From: Torpedo marmorata
Taxonomy: Eukaryota
Length of the DNA: 64,000 nucleotides
Direction: 5' to 3'
Assembly (NCBI GenBank): GCA_977017645.1
Contig: OZ360227.1
Coordinates: 59,210,001-59,274,000, forward strand
Positions 10,629-22,950 of this stretch are shown one piece after another. Each line of letters opens with the position of its first letter. The first letter of the stretch is position 1. The notes beneath the pieces are model-generated. The model saw only the letters and a list, made by a program, of their open reading frames with translations, made no database searches and was not told the origin of the DNA. The position numbers were made by a program, and so were the translations under genes.

Positions 10629-11519
10629 TGTTGTAAGTGAGGAAACAGGTTTGGTAGGTCTCAAAGGCAAGGACTCTGGCCACACAGATTTGGTAGTAAA
10701 GGATTTTATTTACAGGAGGCAAATGTGGGAAAATGGCAACAAAGGCAACACACACATACACAATTTACAGCAGTGGTGGGAAAGTCGGATCAGCAATAAA
10801 GCACACGCGGACAATTAATAACGAACGTGGGAAAAGTCGGATCGGCAATAAACAACACGCACAGTTTAATAGCGAGCGTGGGAAAGTAATAGCGGCAATG
10901 AAACACACGCATACAATTAATAACGAACATGGGAAAATCGCGTGGGAACAAAGTATACACACACACACAATGAACTGGGTACATACAATAATCAAGGAAA
11001 AGTCAATACGATGCCCCACCACCCTTTGACTCAGTGCAGGCACGGCTCTATGCTACTAGGGACACTAATTAAATGCTCCCAACCCTTTTAAACAGTGCAC
11101 ATCTTACCAACAATTTCTCCAGCGGCCTTCCACGGTTCTAGGCCTGGAGTGAAGCAGGGTGGTCCCAAGCTGGCAAAGAGGGAGAACAAAGCACACGTGG
11201 CACCTTTTATAGTGCTGGAGGGTCCAGCCCAGGTCGTTAGCAGGGGGCCAATGGCTTGGTGCCAGCAAGGTTAATCCGATTACAATAGTCAATGGCCCAA
11301 GGCCAAGTACAGGCAGGCTGGAGAGTCCAGCCCAGGTAATTTACAAGGGGCCAATGGCTCGGTGCCAGTAAGGCTAAATTGATTACAAAGGAATTTAAAT
11401 TGGCCAACAGCAAGGTGTGCACTAATGGGTGGGGCCAAACCTTGATTGGCAGGTGGTGTGTCTTCTGACTAGGTAGAAGGCAGTGCTGTCATGTGACAGC
11501 CACGACCCTTCACAATGCA
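10629..11519 (-). mobile_element. Solo LTR inserted in the BEL 3' LTR
   Basis: TG...CA ends; TSD tgaac (10624-10628, 11520-11524); minus-strand TATAAAA (~11204-11210) and AATAAA (~10705-10710); duplicated CCAAT-bearing ~100-bp unit at 11224-11390. Confidence 0.75.
10724..10950 (+). repeat. 51-bp-period degenerate tandem repeat with GTGGGAA motifs
   Basis: Units start at 10724, 10775, 10826, 10877 and 10928 (the last is catgggaa); extra cgtgggaa at 10941. Confidence 0.85.
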
Positions 11520-11758
11520 TGAACACAAAAAGACTCGTAACGTCCATGGTAACGTGTAACGTGGTAACGTCCATGCAGTGTGGTAACGACTGTGGTAACG
11601 GTCAACAGAAAATATCGGAGCTCTACTCACCCTTCTCGTCTCTATCCGCCACACCAGTCCACGCGGGCTAACAACTCTCAAAACCCGCGAAACTCCCGCA
11701 CATGCGCCAACCACCCAAGTGAATAGCGCGTGCGCACCGGAAGAAACAGAATGCTTGC

Positions 11759-12630
11759 TGTTATGGACCATGAATGATCATTTGGACTGCGGACGGTCAG
11801 CAGGAAGGATGAAGTCTTTTGGAGTACACACTGGGACCAGGTACTGAAAGAGTTAACTTGCCCAGGACTTGGTGTACCCAGAGAGAGAGAGAGAGCGCAG
11901 AGAGAGAGAGAGGCTGTGGAAAAGATACTTTGTTGCACTTTTGCAAAAGCAGGTGCAGACCTCTGCAAAAAGCAGGCAGTTTGGAGTTGCAAAGGCTAGA
12001 GAACACAGCCAAATCCAGGCTTATGCATCCCAGAGAAAAAGGCTGGAAGAATAGCACATGGCCTCCTGTCTCAGAGAAATCCTGAGTTAAAAGCAACTTT
12101 TGTGGAGAACAGGCGTGAGATCAGCGAGACCAGCTGTGAGATCCAAGCACATGCCTCAATCAGTGGTATACTGATTTGGAGTCGCAATCCTCGTGAATCT
12201 CTACCAAAAGGGAAAGTCATCAGAGAAGAAAACAACAAGCCAAGTGTTCGTAAGCATAAACAGTCATTGTCTCTCTCCAACGTTCATTGAAAAGTCCTTC
12301 TACCAGCACACAGAGCTGAATTTGGAACCTGAACTTAGAGAGTGAATTTTTTTGTGGACTGTATTATATTTTTTTTGACTGACTTGTTTTTATGACTGAC
12401 CTGGGGTTTTTGGGGAAAGTTTTTCCATTTTTACATGAGGGTTTGGCACAGACTGTAATGGTCTGGGCTTTACACACACACACCTTTTAGATAAGAATAG
12501 TGCTTATAGATGTTTATAGTGGGGTTAATTGTTGTGAAATTATATGTTTAATTGTCTTTAATAAATATAAATTTCAATTTTACCCCTTTTGCATTGCGTC
12601 TTCTGTCGTTGCTGGTTTGATTTTGTAACA
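11759..12630 (+). mobile_element. Solo LTR of the Gmr1-like family inserted in the BEL 3' LTR
   Basis: Near-identical reverse complement of the LTR at 28990-29865; ends tgtta...taaca. Confidence 0.95.
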
Positions 12631-12789
12631 GCACAGCCTCCGGACCCCGGGACGCCGCTGACACTCGCAGCCATACCAACGACTATGAACAACATACGTT
12701 TGGCTCCTACAACACCGGCCCCTAATTATTATGTCTCAAATAATAATTGCACGATTATAAATAACAATCAAACACAGTATATTCCAATA

Positions 12790-13281
12790 TTATGTAGATC
12801 TTCTTTCTTCATTAGGCCAGAGGTTACTTGCACATAGCCTTGAAAAAGAGTGATCTTTACCACCACTCTGGACCAGTAAAGTCTGTAGTCTGTGTAGTGG
12901 GCAAGGTCCAAAAAACAAAAAAATAAAGTCAGTTCTGCTGGCTCCTGTAGAAGGCAGACTTTGTTGATGGGACTGTTCAGAAAGCCGGTTTTTGGTCTTG
13001 ATCCGAACATGACGTACAAGTCCCTTTTTGTCCAGAATGGTCTCAACAATTTTTCCAGTTAGCCAGGAGTTTCGAGGCGCTGAATCATCCACGATGATCA
13101 CGATGTCTCCTGGTGTGAAGTTGCGTCTAATGTTAGACCAGTTCTGTCGTTCCTGCAGTTGGGGAAGAGATTCTTTAATCCATCTTTTCCAGAACAAGTC
13201 CGACATATACTGAACTTGCCTCCACCTGCGACGAGCGTATACGTCTTTCTTCTGAAACTGCCCCAGTGGCATCGATGGCAT
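12790..13281 (-). pseudogene. BEL integrase C-terminal region
   Basis: [26 protein letters not shown]...PRNSW.TG. Confidence 0.9.
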
Positions 13282-13286
13282 AGTCT

Positions 13287-14988
13287 TTTTTTTAAAAAAT
13301 ATTTTATTTAAAATTTTAAATCACAAAATACATAAAATAAAATATGAAATTATCAAAATATTTGTGATACATTTTCACCCCCCCTCCCTCCCTCCCCACC
13401 CCAACCCTCCCAACCCCACTAATCTAATAAAAATAAAAAATATAAAATAAAAATAGAGAAAGAAAAAAAAAAGAAAAAGATAGAGTAAGGAGAATGCCAA
13501 TCTAAAAAACATACATCTATAAACTAATTACTGTATATTTCGGCGTATAAGTCGACCCTTGAAACCCTCAAAAATGTCTCAAAAAAAGGGGGTCGACTTA
13601 TACGCCAGATATACTTTTGAGACCTTAAAATCAGCTCAAAATCGAGTTCACGCCGATTCGGCGTATAAGTCGACCCCTGAAAACACGATTCGGCGTATAA
13701 GTCGACCCCTGAAAACACGATTCGGCGTATAGGTCGACCCTGGAAGCGCCTCTCCACCGCCGGCGCCGCCTCTCTACGACACCTCCCCACCGCCGGGCGC
13801 CGCCATAAACCACCCAGACATTTTACAATTGTAGAGCCCGAGGTCCCCGCTCCTACCCGGAAGAACGAGCTCCCCACTCCTGCTTGGGAGAATGAGCTCC
13901 CTGCTCCTGCTTGGGAGAACGAGCTCCCCGCTCCTACCCGGGAGAAAGACGTCCCCGCTCCTACCCGGGAGAACGACGTCCCCGCTCCTACTCGGGAGAA
14001 AGACGTCCCCGCTCCTACTCAGGAGAAAGACGTCCCCGCTCCTGCTCGGGAGAAAGACGTCCCCGCTCCTGCTCGGGAGAAAGACGTCACCGCACCTGCT
14101 CAGGAGAAAGACGTCGCCGCACCTGCATCTTCCCGGCCAGAAGCAAAGGTTTTTTAATTGTTTTTTTTTACTTACCGGTACTTGCTTAATTTACAGCTTT
14201 GTTACTTGGCGATTGGGATGTTGTAACAAATTTTGGGTTGTTGCTGGGAGGCCCAGACAGCCTGAAAATTGGGGGTCGACTTATACGCCGGATATACCAT
14301 AAAACCATTAAAATGAGGCTGAAAAAGGGGGGTCGACTTATCTGCCGGTCGACTTATACGCCGAAATATACGGTATATTGTGGAGGTCAGGTATGCCAGT
14401 AGATCCGATACCCAGAGATCTTCAAATCCTTAAACCAACAACTTTCATATATGGGCTCCAAATTTTTAAGAAGAAATTATATTTATTACGTAAATTATAA
14501 GTAATTTTTTCAAGTGGTATACACGAACGAAGTTCTGCATGCCATCTTTCTAATCCTAAATCTAAATCAGATTTCCAAGTAATAGCAATACATTTCTTTG
14601 AAACAGCTAAAGCAATTCGCAAAAATTCTATTTGATACATGTTTAATTTCATCTTAATACTAAATTTTCTAATATCTCCGAACAAAAATATCATAGGATC
14701 CATTGGAAATGTAATCTTAAATACTTTATCTAAAAAATTTTTAACTTTCAACCAAAAATCATAAACTTTTGGACAAAACCATGTAGAATGTACAAAAGAA
14801 CCTTCTTCTTTATTACATCTAAAACATAAACCTGATAATGTCGGATTAAATTTCTTTAGTTTTTTAGGTGTTAAATATAATTGATGAAAAAAGTTATATT
14901 GTACTAATCTATATCTAACATTATTAATCTTCGTCATACTTAATTTACATAATTCTTTCCAGTGATTCTCATCTATTGTTACATTCAA
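13287..14988 (-). mobile_element. 5'-truncated L1-clade LINE inserted in BEL integrase
   Basis: ORF 14422-14988 with C-terminal Cys motif CFRC...H..W.C and LEKITY; poly(T) at 13287; TSD atggcatag[t/a]ct (13275-13286, 14989-15000). Confidence 0.9.
13531..14373. mobile_element. Tc1/mariner Tc2-like MITE with internal minisatellite
   Basis: TIRs c[t/c]gtatatttcggcgtataagtcgacc; TA TSD; about 8 copies of ggcgtataagtcgacc; 24-bp tandem array ~13845-14125. Confidence 0.88.
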
Positions 14989-15630
14989 ATGGCATAGACT
15001 TATGTAGCAGAAGGTTGTTCAGGGTAAGTGCTTCAAGGTCATTTGGATCTGTAGAAGCCTTGGTGATTGGACGACTGTTAAGGATAGCCTCAGCTTCACA
15101 TAAAACTGTGTGAAGATCCTCCTCGTCAAAACTTTGCACATTTAGGGTGGAATTAAGAACCTTTCGCACTGATCTAATTAATCTTTCCCATACACCTCCA
15201 TGGTGTGAGCCAGCAGGGGGATGGAAGATCCAATTGATTCCTTTCTGAAGCAGTGTATTATGGATTTGACCCTGATTCCAGTTTTCAATCGCCTCCCTCA
15301 ACTCGCGCTGAGCTCCCACAAAATTGGTGCCATTGTCAGATCGTAATTCTTTCACTTGACCACGTCTGGTTATAAAACGCTGAAGGGCGTTGATGAAAGA
15401 GTCTGTGTCAAGTGATGATGCCACTTCGATGTGAATTGATCTTACAGCTAAACATGTGAAAATAACACCATAGCGCTTCACACCAAAAGGTCCAAAATAC
15501 TGTAAACGACTCCAACATATGTGAAGGGAGGTTCATCAGGAGAGACTCTGTCCAGGGGCAAATCTGCCATCTGCTGTTGTCCAGGAGTAGCATTTATACG
15601 CCGACAAACAACACATTTCGACACAATTTG
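14989..15630 (-). pseudogene. BEL integrase core
   Basis: KRYGVIFTCL...SDNGTNFVGA...GGVWERLIRS; upstream CVVC and MADLP in shifted frames. Confidence 0.9.
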
Positions 15631-16047
15631 TGGTCACTCTCACCAAAATGCTCCCCCACCGAGAGGTCCGCCACCTGACCAGGTTCATTCCCCTGAACCA
15701 GATCCAGTATGGCCTCTCCTCTCGTCGGCCAGTCCACATACTGTGTCAGGAATCCTTCTTGAACACACCTGACAAATTCAGCCCCATCTAATCTTCTTGC
15801 AGTCAGTAGGTGCCAGTCAATATTAGGAAAGTTGAAATCACCCATAACTACAACCCTGTATTTCCCGCACCATTCCAAAATCTGCCTGCTTATCTGCTCC
15901 TCGGTATCCCGAGGGCTATTTGGGGGCCTATAGACTACTCCCAGCACAGTGATAGCTCCCTTCCTATTTCTGACTTCCACCCACACCGACTCAGTGGACG
16001 CTCCCTCTGCAGCGTCCTCCCTTTCTATAGCCGTGACCAGTAATGAT
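15630..16047 (-). mobile_element. Internal CR1 AP-endonuclease fragment replacing BEL RNase H region
   Basis: GVVYRPPNS...MGDFNFPNIDW...ILDLV...GESDH; BEL RT stops at LTKW and BEL resumes at the integrase CxxC. Confidence 0.88.
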
Positions 16048-19000
16048 TATCCACTTGGTAAGTAGAAAGCCTCCCTTGAAACAAATCGCTCTTAGCTCAT
16101 GATAAAGAGCTATTGCATCTTCTTCAGAAGCTGCTGAAGTGAGGCAGTAATCCACATAGAAGTTGTTCATGATGGTGCTTACAGCTTGAGGGCTAAACTG
16201 TTTCATATTGTCCTCAGCACACTTCCTAAGGGCAAAGTTCGCACAACCTGGAGATGAAGTTGCGCCAAAGAGATGCACTGTCATTCTGTATTCCACCATG
16301 TTCTGACTGTAGTCTCCATCAGGCACCAGAGGAATCGTAACAAGTCACGGTCTTCATTTAGTACTTTCACCTGGTGGAACATTGTTTCAACGTCTGCAGT
16401 GATGACAACATGTTCTTTACAGAATCTAGCCAAGACTCCTATCAATGTACTAGTCAGGTCTGGCCCCTGTAAGAGCTGAGAATTTAGTGAAACTCCCCGA
16501 AATGTCGCTCCACAGTCAAATACCACTCGAAGTTTTTTCTATTGTGGATGCAAAACCCCATGGTGTGGTAGATACCATTTTCTGCCATCACTTCGTTCCA
16601 AGACACCATCTGGTACTTTCTCTGTATAACCTTTGGATATCATGTCAGACATGAAGTTGGTGTAGTCCGAATGAAAGGAAAAATCCTTCTTGAATCTTCT
16701 CTTTAGGTTCAGTGTACGTTGTTCAGCAACACTTCTATTGTCAGGCATGCATATTTCTTTTTCATTTAGAGGTTATCCAATGCAATAATGGCCATCGACT
16801 AGCTTGGCAGATTTTGAGAATAAATCCAAGAACTGCTTGTCTTCTCTTGAAGGTTCTTGGTCGTCACTGAGGCACTCAGGAAAGTCAGTCCTGAACTGCT
16901 GTTCCCACAGCTCATCAAGTCTCACAACTGATATCTTGTTGGCACCTGTCGCTGACTGCTCCTGAGCATTATCATTTTTTCCTCCTAATGGTCCATTAAT
17001 AGTCCAACCAAACATGGTTTTGACAGCGTAAGGTCCGTCTCCCACACTCCATATTACATCTAGTGGTTCCAGAGCCTTTGATACATCTGAGCCAATCAGA
17101 AACTCTATCGCAGAGTCAATTTCAGGTGGATGAACATTCCTTAGATGAGACCACCGATCGATATCGTTTTGATGGGGGATGTTTCCTTTGTGCTCAGGCA
17201 TAGTCTTCTGAGTGTATATGCCTGGGAGATCACAAAAATTGTTGCTGTCCAGTCCAGCAACTTCTAAGCCTGAAACAATGCTGGTTTCAATGACCTTCGC
17301 TTGACCCATAGTTCTCAATAGAATACTTAACCTTCTTCCCTGAAGATTAAGCTTATTCATTAGCCCCACTGTGCAAAATGATGCAGTGCTACCTGGGTCA
17401 AGAAATGCATAAGTATGCACTGTTGCATTCCTCTTCCTGGCCTTGACTTGTACAGGCACTATTGAGAGTTCATAGTTATCCTCACCGGCCCCAGTAAGAC
17501 TACTTGTCTGAACAGAGTCTGCAGCACTGTTTTCAGCTGCTTCCTTTCTTTCTGCTTGCTCCTTTTCCATTTCCTTCTTTCTTCGGTGGATATGCAGCAT
17601 TCTGGGATGCTTTAAACCTCATATGTTGCAGCTGAGTCACTTCCTGCAGTTTTTGCTGATGTATCCTTTACACAGACAGCCAAAACATACTCCATTTTCT
17701 TTTAGGAAAGTGATTTTCTCCCAATGTGCCCTCTTTTCCAACTGTGGACACATCTCCAAAGCATGTCCACCTCCACAGAACAAACAGCTCTTCACAACAG
17801 GCAAACTCTCCTTTTCCTTAGTTCCTTTATCATTTTCCTTATGTGCAACTGTCAGAGTGGTGGCAAAGATACTTCCCTTTACTCTTGGATGAGGCTGTGA
17901 CTTGGGCCTCCTTACATCTTTGCTCACTGTTGGAGTGTCTTTGATATCTCCAAATACTGGATCTGTTGCAATCTTCACTTGTCATTCAAGGAAATCCACC
18001 ATATCCTTAAAGGTAGCTCTTTGATTGTGTTGTTCCTGGAAATCACAGGCCACAGTTCTCCATATATTCCTCAGCCGGTAGGGCAAATTCCTTAAGATGA
18101 CTAGCATATTAGCAGGCATGTCAAGCTCATGTATGTAGTTGATATCTTCCATGGCATTACAACATCCTCTGAGAAAGAGGATGTATGCTTGTAGAGCTTT
18201 TGTGTCATCCGGTTTTATTGACGACCATGAAAGAGCCTTCTCCATAAAAGCTGTAGCAATTTTATGCTCGTTGCCAAAATGCTCCTGTAGTAAAGACTTA
18301 GCCTTCCTGAATCCTCTGTCCGAGGCCATATGTAGGCAACTCCTTACAAGTTCCCTTGGCTGTTCCTTTGTGTACTGTTCCAGATAATAGAGACAATCTT
18401 TGGGGTTTTTGTTCTTGCTTTCAATATTGTGTTCAAAGGATTGAATGAACGCTTGGTACTGAAGTGGGTCACCGTCAAAAACTTGAATCTCCTTCTTGGG
18501 CATGGAAGAGAGACACTGTAGCTGGATTAATAATGCAGTGATTTCATTTTGCCTTTCCATGACTAAGAATACGTTGTTCTGTTCACCGGCGTTTCTAATG
18601 CTTGACTGAAGTGTCAAGGGAGCTGTGGTGAGCGATTGGATTTAAGCTACAGCTCTGTCTACGGTTGTTATTATTGGTGTTTGTGGATTGGTAACACCGT
18701 GCTTTGGGAGGATTTGTCCATATGTACGCATGACTTGTAACTGTGTTTTCTTTCCCTGTTGTCCTTTCTCAAAATATGACTCATACCATCAGACTCTTTA
18801 GATAAGTTACTTCGAACACCGGATCCCCTTGAAGCTCCTAGTACCTTCACTTTGGCCATAGTAGCACCAATGTTTGCTTCCAGCTCCAGCTGCTCCTTTT
18901 CCCTCCTTAGCTGCTACTCTTTCCTCCTCAGCTGCTCCTTCTGCCTCCTTAGATGCTCCTCCTGCTCTTCCAAGGCATATTTATCCTTAAGCAATTTTTG

Positions 19001-19350
19001 TTGTACAACAAGAGCAGCCATTTCAGCCTCAGCCTTTATACATGCAGATGTTGTACTGGAAACTCTGGAGCTTGATCCAGAAGAACTTTGTTTGCTTCTC
19101 CTGATTCCAACATTTGACACACTGTCACCTGGTTGTATTTCATCCTGCATGTCAGATATTTGCCTTAATATTTGACCCTTTCTCCAGTTTGAATTGCACA
19201 TCTTTTGCATTTTCATCCTCTTCACCACCATTTTGTGACACACCTTCAGCCATTTCCAAGTTGCTGACTTTAAATTCAGTCAATGTCTTCTGCAGTGCTT
19301 CCCATCAAACAAAGCCACCTCTTCTTCTATTGCCTGTTTCAGCCTCGCAA
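16048..19350 (-). pseudogene. BEL/Pao gag-protease-RT remnants
   Basis: FDGDPLQY; Cys-His boxes CLFCGGGHALEMC and CFGCLCKGY...C; protease FLDPGSTASF; [36 protein letters not shown]. Many stops and frameshifts. Confidence 0.92.
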
Positions 19351-21009
19351 TGAGAATGCTTTTGACACCACTTATATCTAGGTTCCGCCGCTTCAGTTCT
19401 GATTTGAGATCTTCAACCCATAAGTCTGTGATACATCACGCCTCAGTGGCGACACCAGCAGCAGTGGCGGCGGCCATTTTACACATCTCCCTCTAACCGT
19501 CCGCCGAGCTCGAGCACCAAGCATGCACAACACAAGCCCAAAATCAACAGTCCCCAATGGACAAGCGGCAGCGCATCCAAACTGTGTTCAAACTTGCAAC
19601 AAATACACAGAAGGAATCCACAAACATAATCATATCGCTTCTGATGGCTGTGATACGCTGCTGTCAACGAGTGAGTTTCCACCTCGGCAGCAGACAATAA
19701 TATCGCTGTGATTCTCGGCAAATGACTCTACCAGCGTGTATATAGGACATTCTGCTCTAGGGTTAGAAGCCCTGGACCCCTCTGTGACCGATGCTCAGAC
19801 TGATGGAGGTGGATTGCTGTCAGCAGCCTGCACTCGGCATTTCCAACATGGCTGCCATATTGTTTTTAGTATCGCTCCAAACCGAAGAGGGGAAACAGTC
19901 CAAATGTTTCAACAATGTTCATTCAATCCAAAACTCCGAGATTCAAGGCGTCCATGCAGTCCTGTCATAGATGCGGCTATTATCTGTTGACTAAAATGTA
20001 GCGACTATTATCCATAAAAAGGCCGCTCGGAGGCTAAGTAGGCTCTTAACTGTGATGCATTAGAACAATTTCATAGTGAAGTCCAGATGCATTTTTAAAC
20101 TGTTTATTAATGAACACAAAAGGACTCGTAATGTCCATGGTAACGTGGTGATATGGTAACGTCCATGCAGCGTGGTAACGACTGTGGTAACAGTCAACAG
20201 AAAATATCAGAGCCCTACTCACCCTCCTCATCTCTATCCCACCATGCCAGTCCACGCCGGCTAATGACTCTCAAAACCCGCGAAACCCCCGCGCATGCGT
20301 CAACCACCCAAGTGAATAGCGCGTGCGTACCGGAAGAAACAGAACGCACGCAGCCTCCAGACCCCGGGACGCCGCCGACGCTCGCAGCCATACCAATGGC
20401 TATAAACAACACACGTTTGGCTCCTACAGTTAATATTGCAGCAGATCCTTCCAACTCATAACTTGCTGGTACATCTGCTTTCGGAAACTATCTTAGTGCA
20501 GTGTGTCGGAACAACTGTATCATTACGTACTGCAGCAAACTATGTGGCTGGGGTCTTTTGGGATAAGTATTAAAAGCTGTTCTAGTTTTTAAGCAAGGAT
20601 TAGTTATTTCCTTCAGCTGGAGAAGATTCGAGACATTTGTTCTGACAAGCAATGAAACAGAATTTAATGAACTCTGATATCAAATTCTCTGTGACAGGTA
20701 GCTTAATTATTAGGTTGTGAATGCCATTTAATACTTAGTTTATCCAGTTCATAGAAAATGTGTGATTTCTGTTTTTCACAAACCACATGAGCAATGTGGA
20801 GAACTGCAGAAATTCTTAAGCATGGAGCCACAGGGGATGAAAAGTAACAGCTAATAATATGATCAGATCATGTTGTCCTTTCAATGCTTACAACTCTTCC
20901 ATTGGAGTTTGCTGAATCCATATCATGCATAGTTACAAAATGAGGGATGAGATAACGTTAGTTGATCCACCAATCATGTGCCTTTCAAAATTAGTGTCAT
21001 CGCACAATA

Positions 21010-21930
21010 TCCTTTGAGCAGTAGAGAGGATGTGGGAGTTCACTTAACAGCGAAATAAGGAGGGCAACGAGTGGGAATGAGATGGCTCTGGTAGATAAGG
21101 TTAAGGAAAATCCCAAGAGATTCTAGAAGTATATTGAAGGCAGGAGTAACTGGGAAAAAATAGGGTTCCTTAAAGATCGACAAGGTAGTCCATGAGTAGA
21201 ACTCCATGAGATGGGTGAGGTCCTAAATGAATAGTTCTTATCTGTACTTACGGCGGAGAAAGACAAGGAGGCTCATGATCCTGGGGAAGTAAATTGGATG
21301 TCCCGAAGAATGTCCAGTTTACAGAGCAGGAGGTACTGGAAGTCTTAAGCTATAGTAAGGTCGAAAAATCCTTGGGCCTCATCAAGTGTATACGAGGATG
21401 TTGTGGGAAGTTGGAATAAATTGCAGGAGCACTGGTAGAGATATTTGCATCATCGTTGAGCACGGTGCCAGAAGACTGGACGGTGGCTAATACTTTATTT
21501 GGGATGAGGCAGCGTACTACAGGCAGCTGAGCTTCACATCAGTCATGGGGAAGTTACTGAAATGGATTCTGAGGGACAGGATTTTCATGCATTTGGAAAG
21601 GGAAGGACTGATTAGGGATAGTCAGCATGGCACCGTGCATGTGATATCGTGTCTCACAAACTTGACTGAGTTTTTTTTTTTAAAAAGGTGACCAAGAATA
21701 TTGATCAGCACAATGTGGTAGACATTGTCTACATGGACTTTGACAAGGCCCCGCATGTTAGGCTGGTGTCAGATCGCATGGGATCCAGGCTGAGCTGGTC
21801 CATTAGATACAGAATTGGCCTGATGGTAGGAGACAGCTTATTACTCAGTTTGGAGGCCTGTGTGCTGCCGGGATCGGTGCTGGGTCCACAGCTGTCATCT
21901 ATATTCACTACTTGGATAGCAATGCAGTTA
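21010..21930 (+). mobile_element. Degenerate CR1 RT fragment
   Basis: VDIVYMDFDKAPH and GSVLGPQL motifs. Confidence 0.75.
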
Positions 21931-21999
21931 GACCAGAACGAGAAGAGGCCATGCAGAGCACAACCAGAAGGGGAAGAGGAGCTTTTCTCCCCCTCTCTT

Positions 22000-22950
22000 G
22001 TCTTTTCCAGGGATGATCTGTGGTGACAAAGAGATGGTTGATGTTTTGGCTCAAGCTCCTGCATCAGGAGTGAGAGGGGTGGAGGGAATCCATTGTAAAG
22101 AGTTGAGAGGGGAGGCAAGAGATGGCCTGGAAGGTGAGAGGTGGGGCCAGCAGAGATGGGTGATGATGGGCAGATGGAGCAGGATGGGGGAGAGGTTGGG
22201 AATGGATGGCCAAGGGTGGAGAAACCCAGAGAAATACAAGAACTGGAATCTTCAGAAAACATAGAGGAACTGGAGATATTCAGCAGGTCAGGTAGCATCC
22301 AGGAAGGGAAATGAAGAGAACATTCCAGGTCTGTCCATTTCTCTCCGATGGATGCTGCTTGACCCGCTGAGTTACTTCATCTCCTCTTTGTTTGGAGAAG
22401 AAACCCAAGTGAATGGGTGTGTAGGGGATGGGCAGGTGGGTGAGGGTGAAGGGCCCAGATAATGGGCGGGTGGGGTGTGGTGGGGGGGAAACAAAAAAAG
22501 AGGGTAACTGGGTGGAGCGGTAAGAATGGGAGAGAAAACCAGGGGATATGGGTTATCTGAGATCGGACAATTCAACCTTCATACCCTTGGGATGTTGGCT
22601 GACCAAGTGGAATATGAACTATGGTTCTTCCGGTTAACATTTGGCCTCACAGCGACAGTGGAGAAGGCTGAGGGCAGACAGGACGGTGTGCAATGGGGAC
22701 GGGCATCAAAATGGCAGCGACTGTTGCTGGCAGAGGGCAGGCGCTCAACAAAGTCTGTCGCTGAGCCTGCGCTTGGTCTCACAGATGTGGAGGAGGCAAC
22801 ATCGAGAGCAGCAAACGCAGGAGACAAGGTCAGAGGAGGAGGTGCGTGTGAGCCTCTGACTCTCCTGGAAGGGCTGCTTCACTCCCTGGATGGAAGCAAG
22901 GTGGGAGATGCACGGACGGTCGCAGGAGAAAGTGCAGAGACAGAAAATAG
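22000..22950 (-). mobile_element. Old Penelope fragments including GIY-YIG remnant
   Basis: SDLVSCVCCSRCCLLHICETKRRLSDR resembles the Neptune endonuclease; family tail sequences present. Confidence 0.65.

Larger units (their letters stand above)
10534..20428 (-). mobile_element. BEL/Pao LTR retrotransposon (defective, multiply interrupted)
   Basis: TG...CA LTRs at 19997-20428 and 10534-12711 (interrupted); 5-bp TSD gttaa (10529-10533, 20429-20433); gag-PR-RT-INT remnants; purine-rich aggggccgg next to the 3' LTR. Confidence 0.95.

Noticed and set aside
10724-10950. 51-bp periodic repeat as CRISPR-like
   Set aside because: The intervening sequences are homologous to each other, so it is a degenerate tandem repeat.
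13650-13745. Regularly spaced ~31-bp repeats resembling a CRISPR array
   Set aside because: Tandem units lack unique spacers, lie inside a TIR-bounded MITE, the context is eukaryotic, and no cas genes are present.
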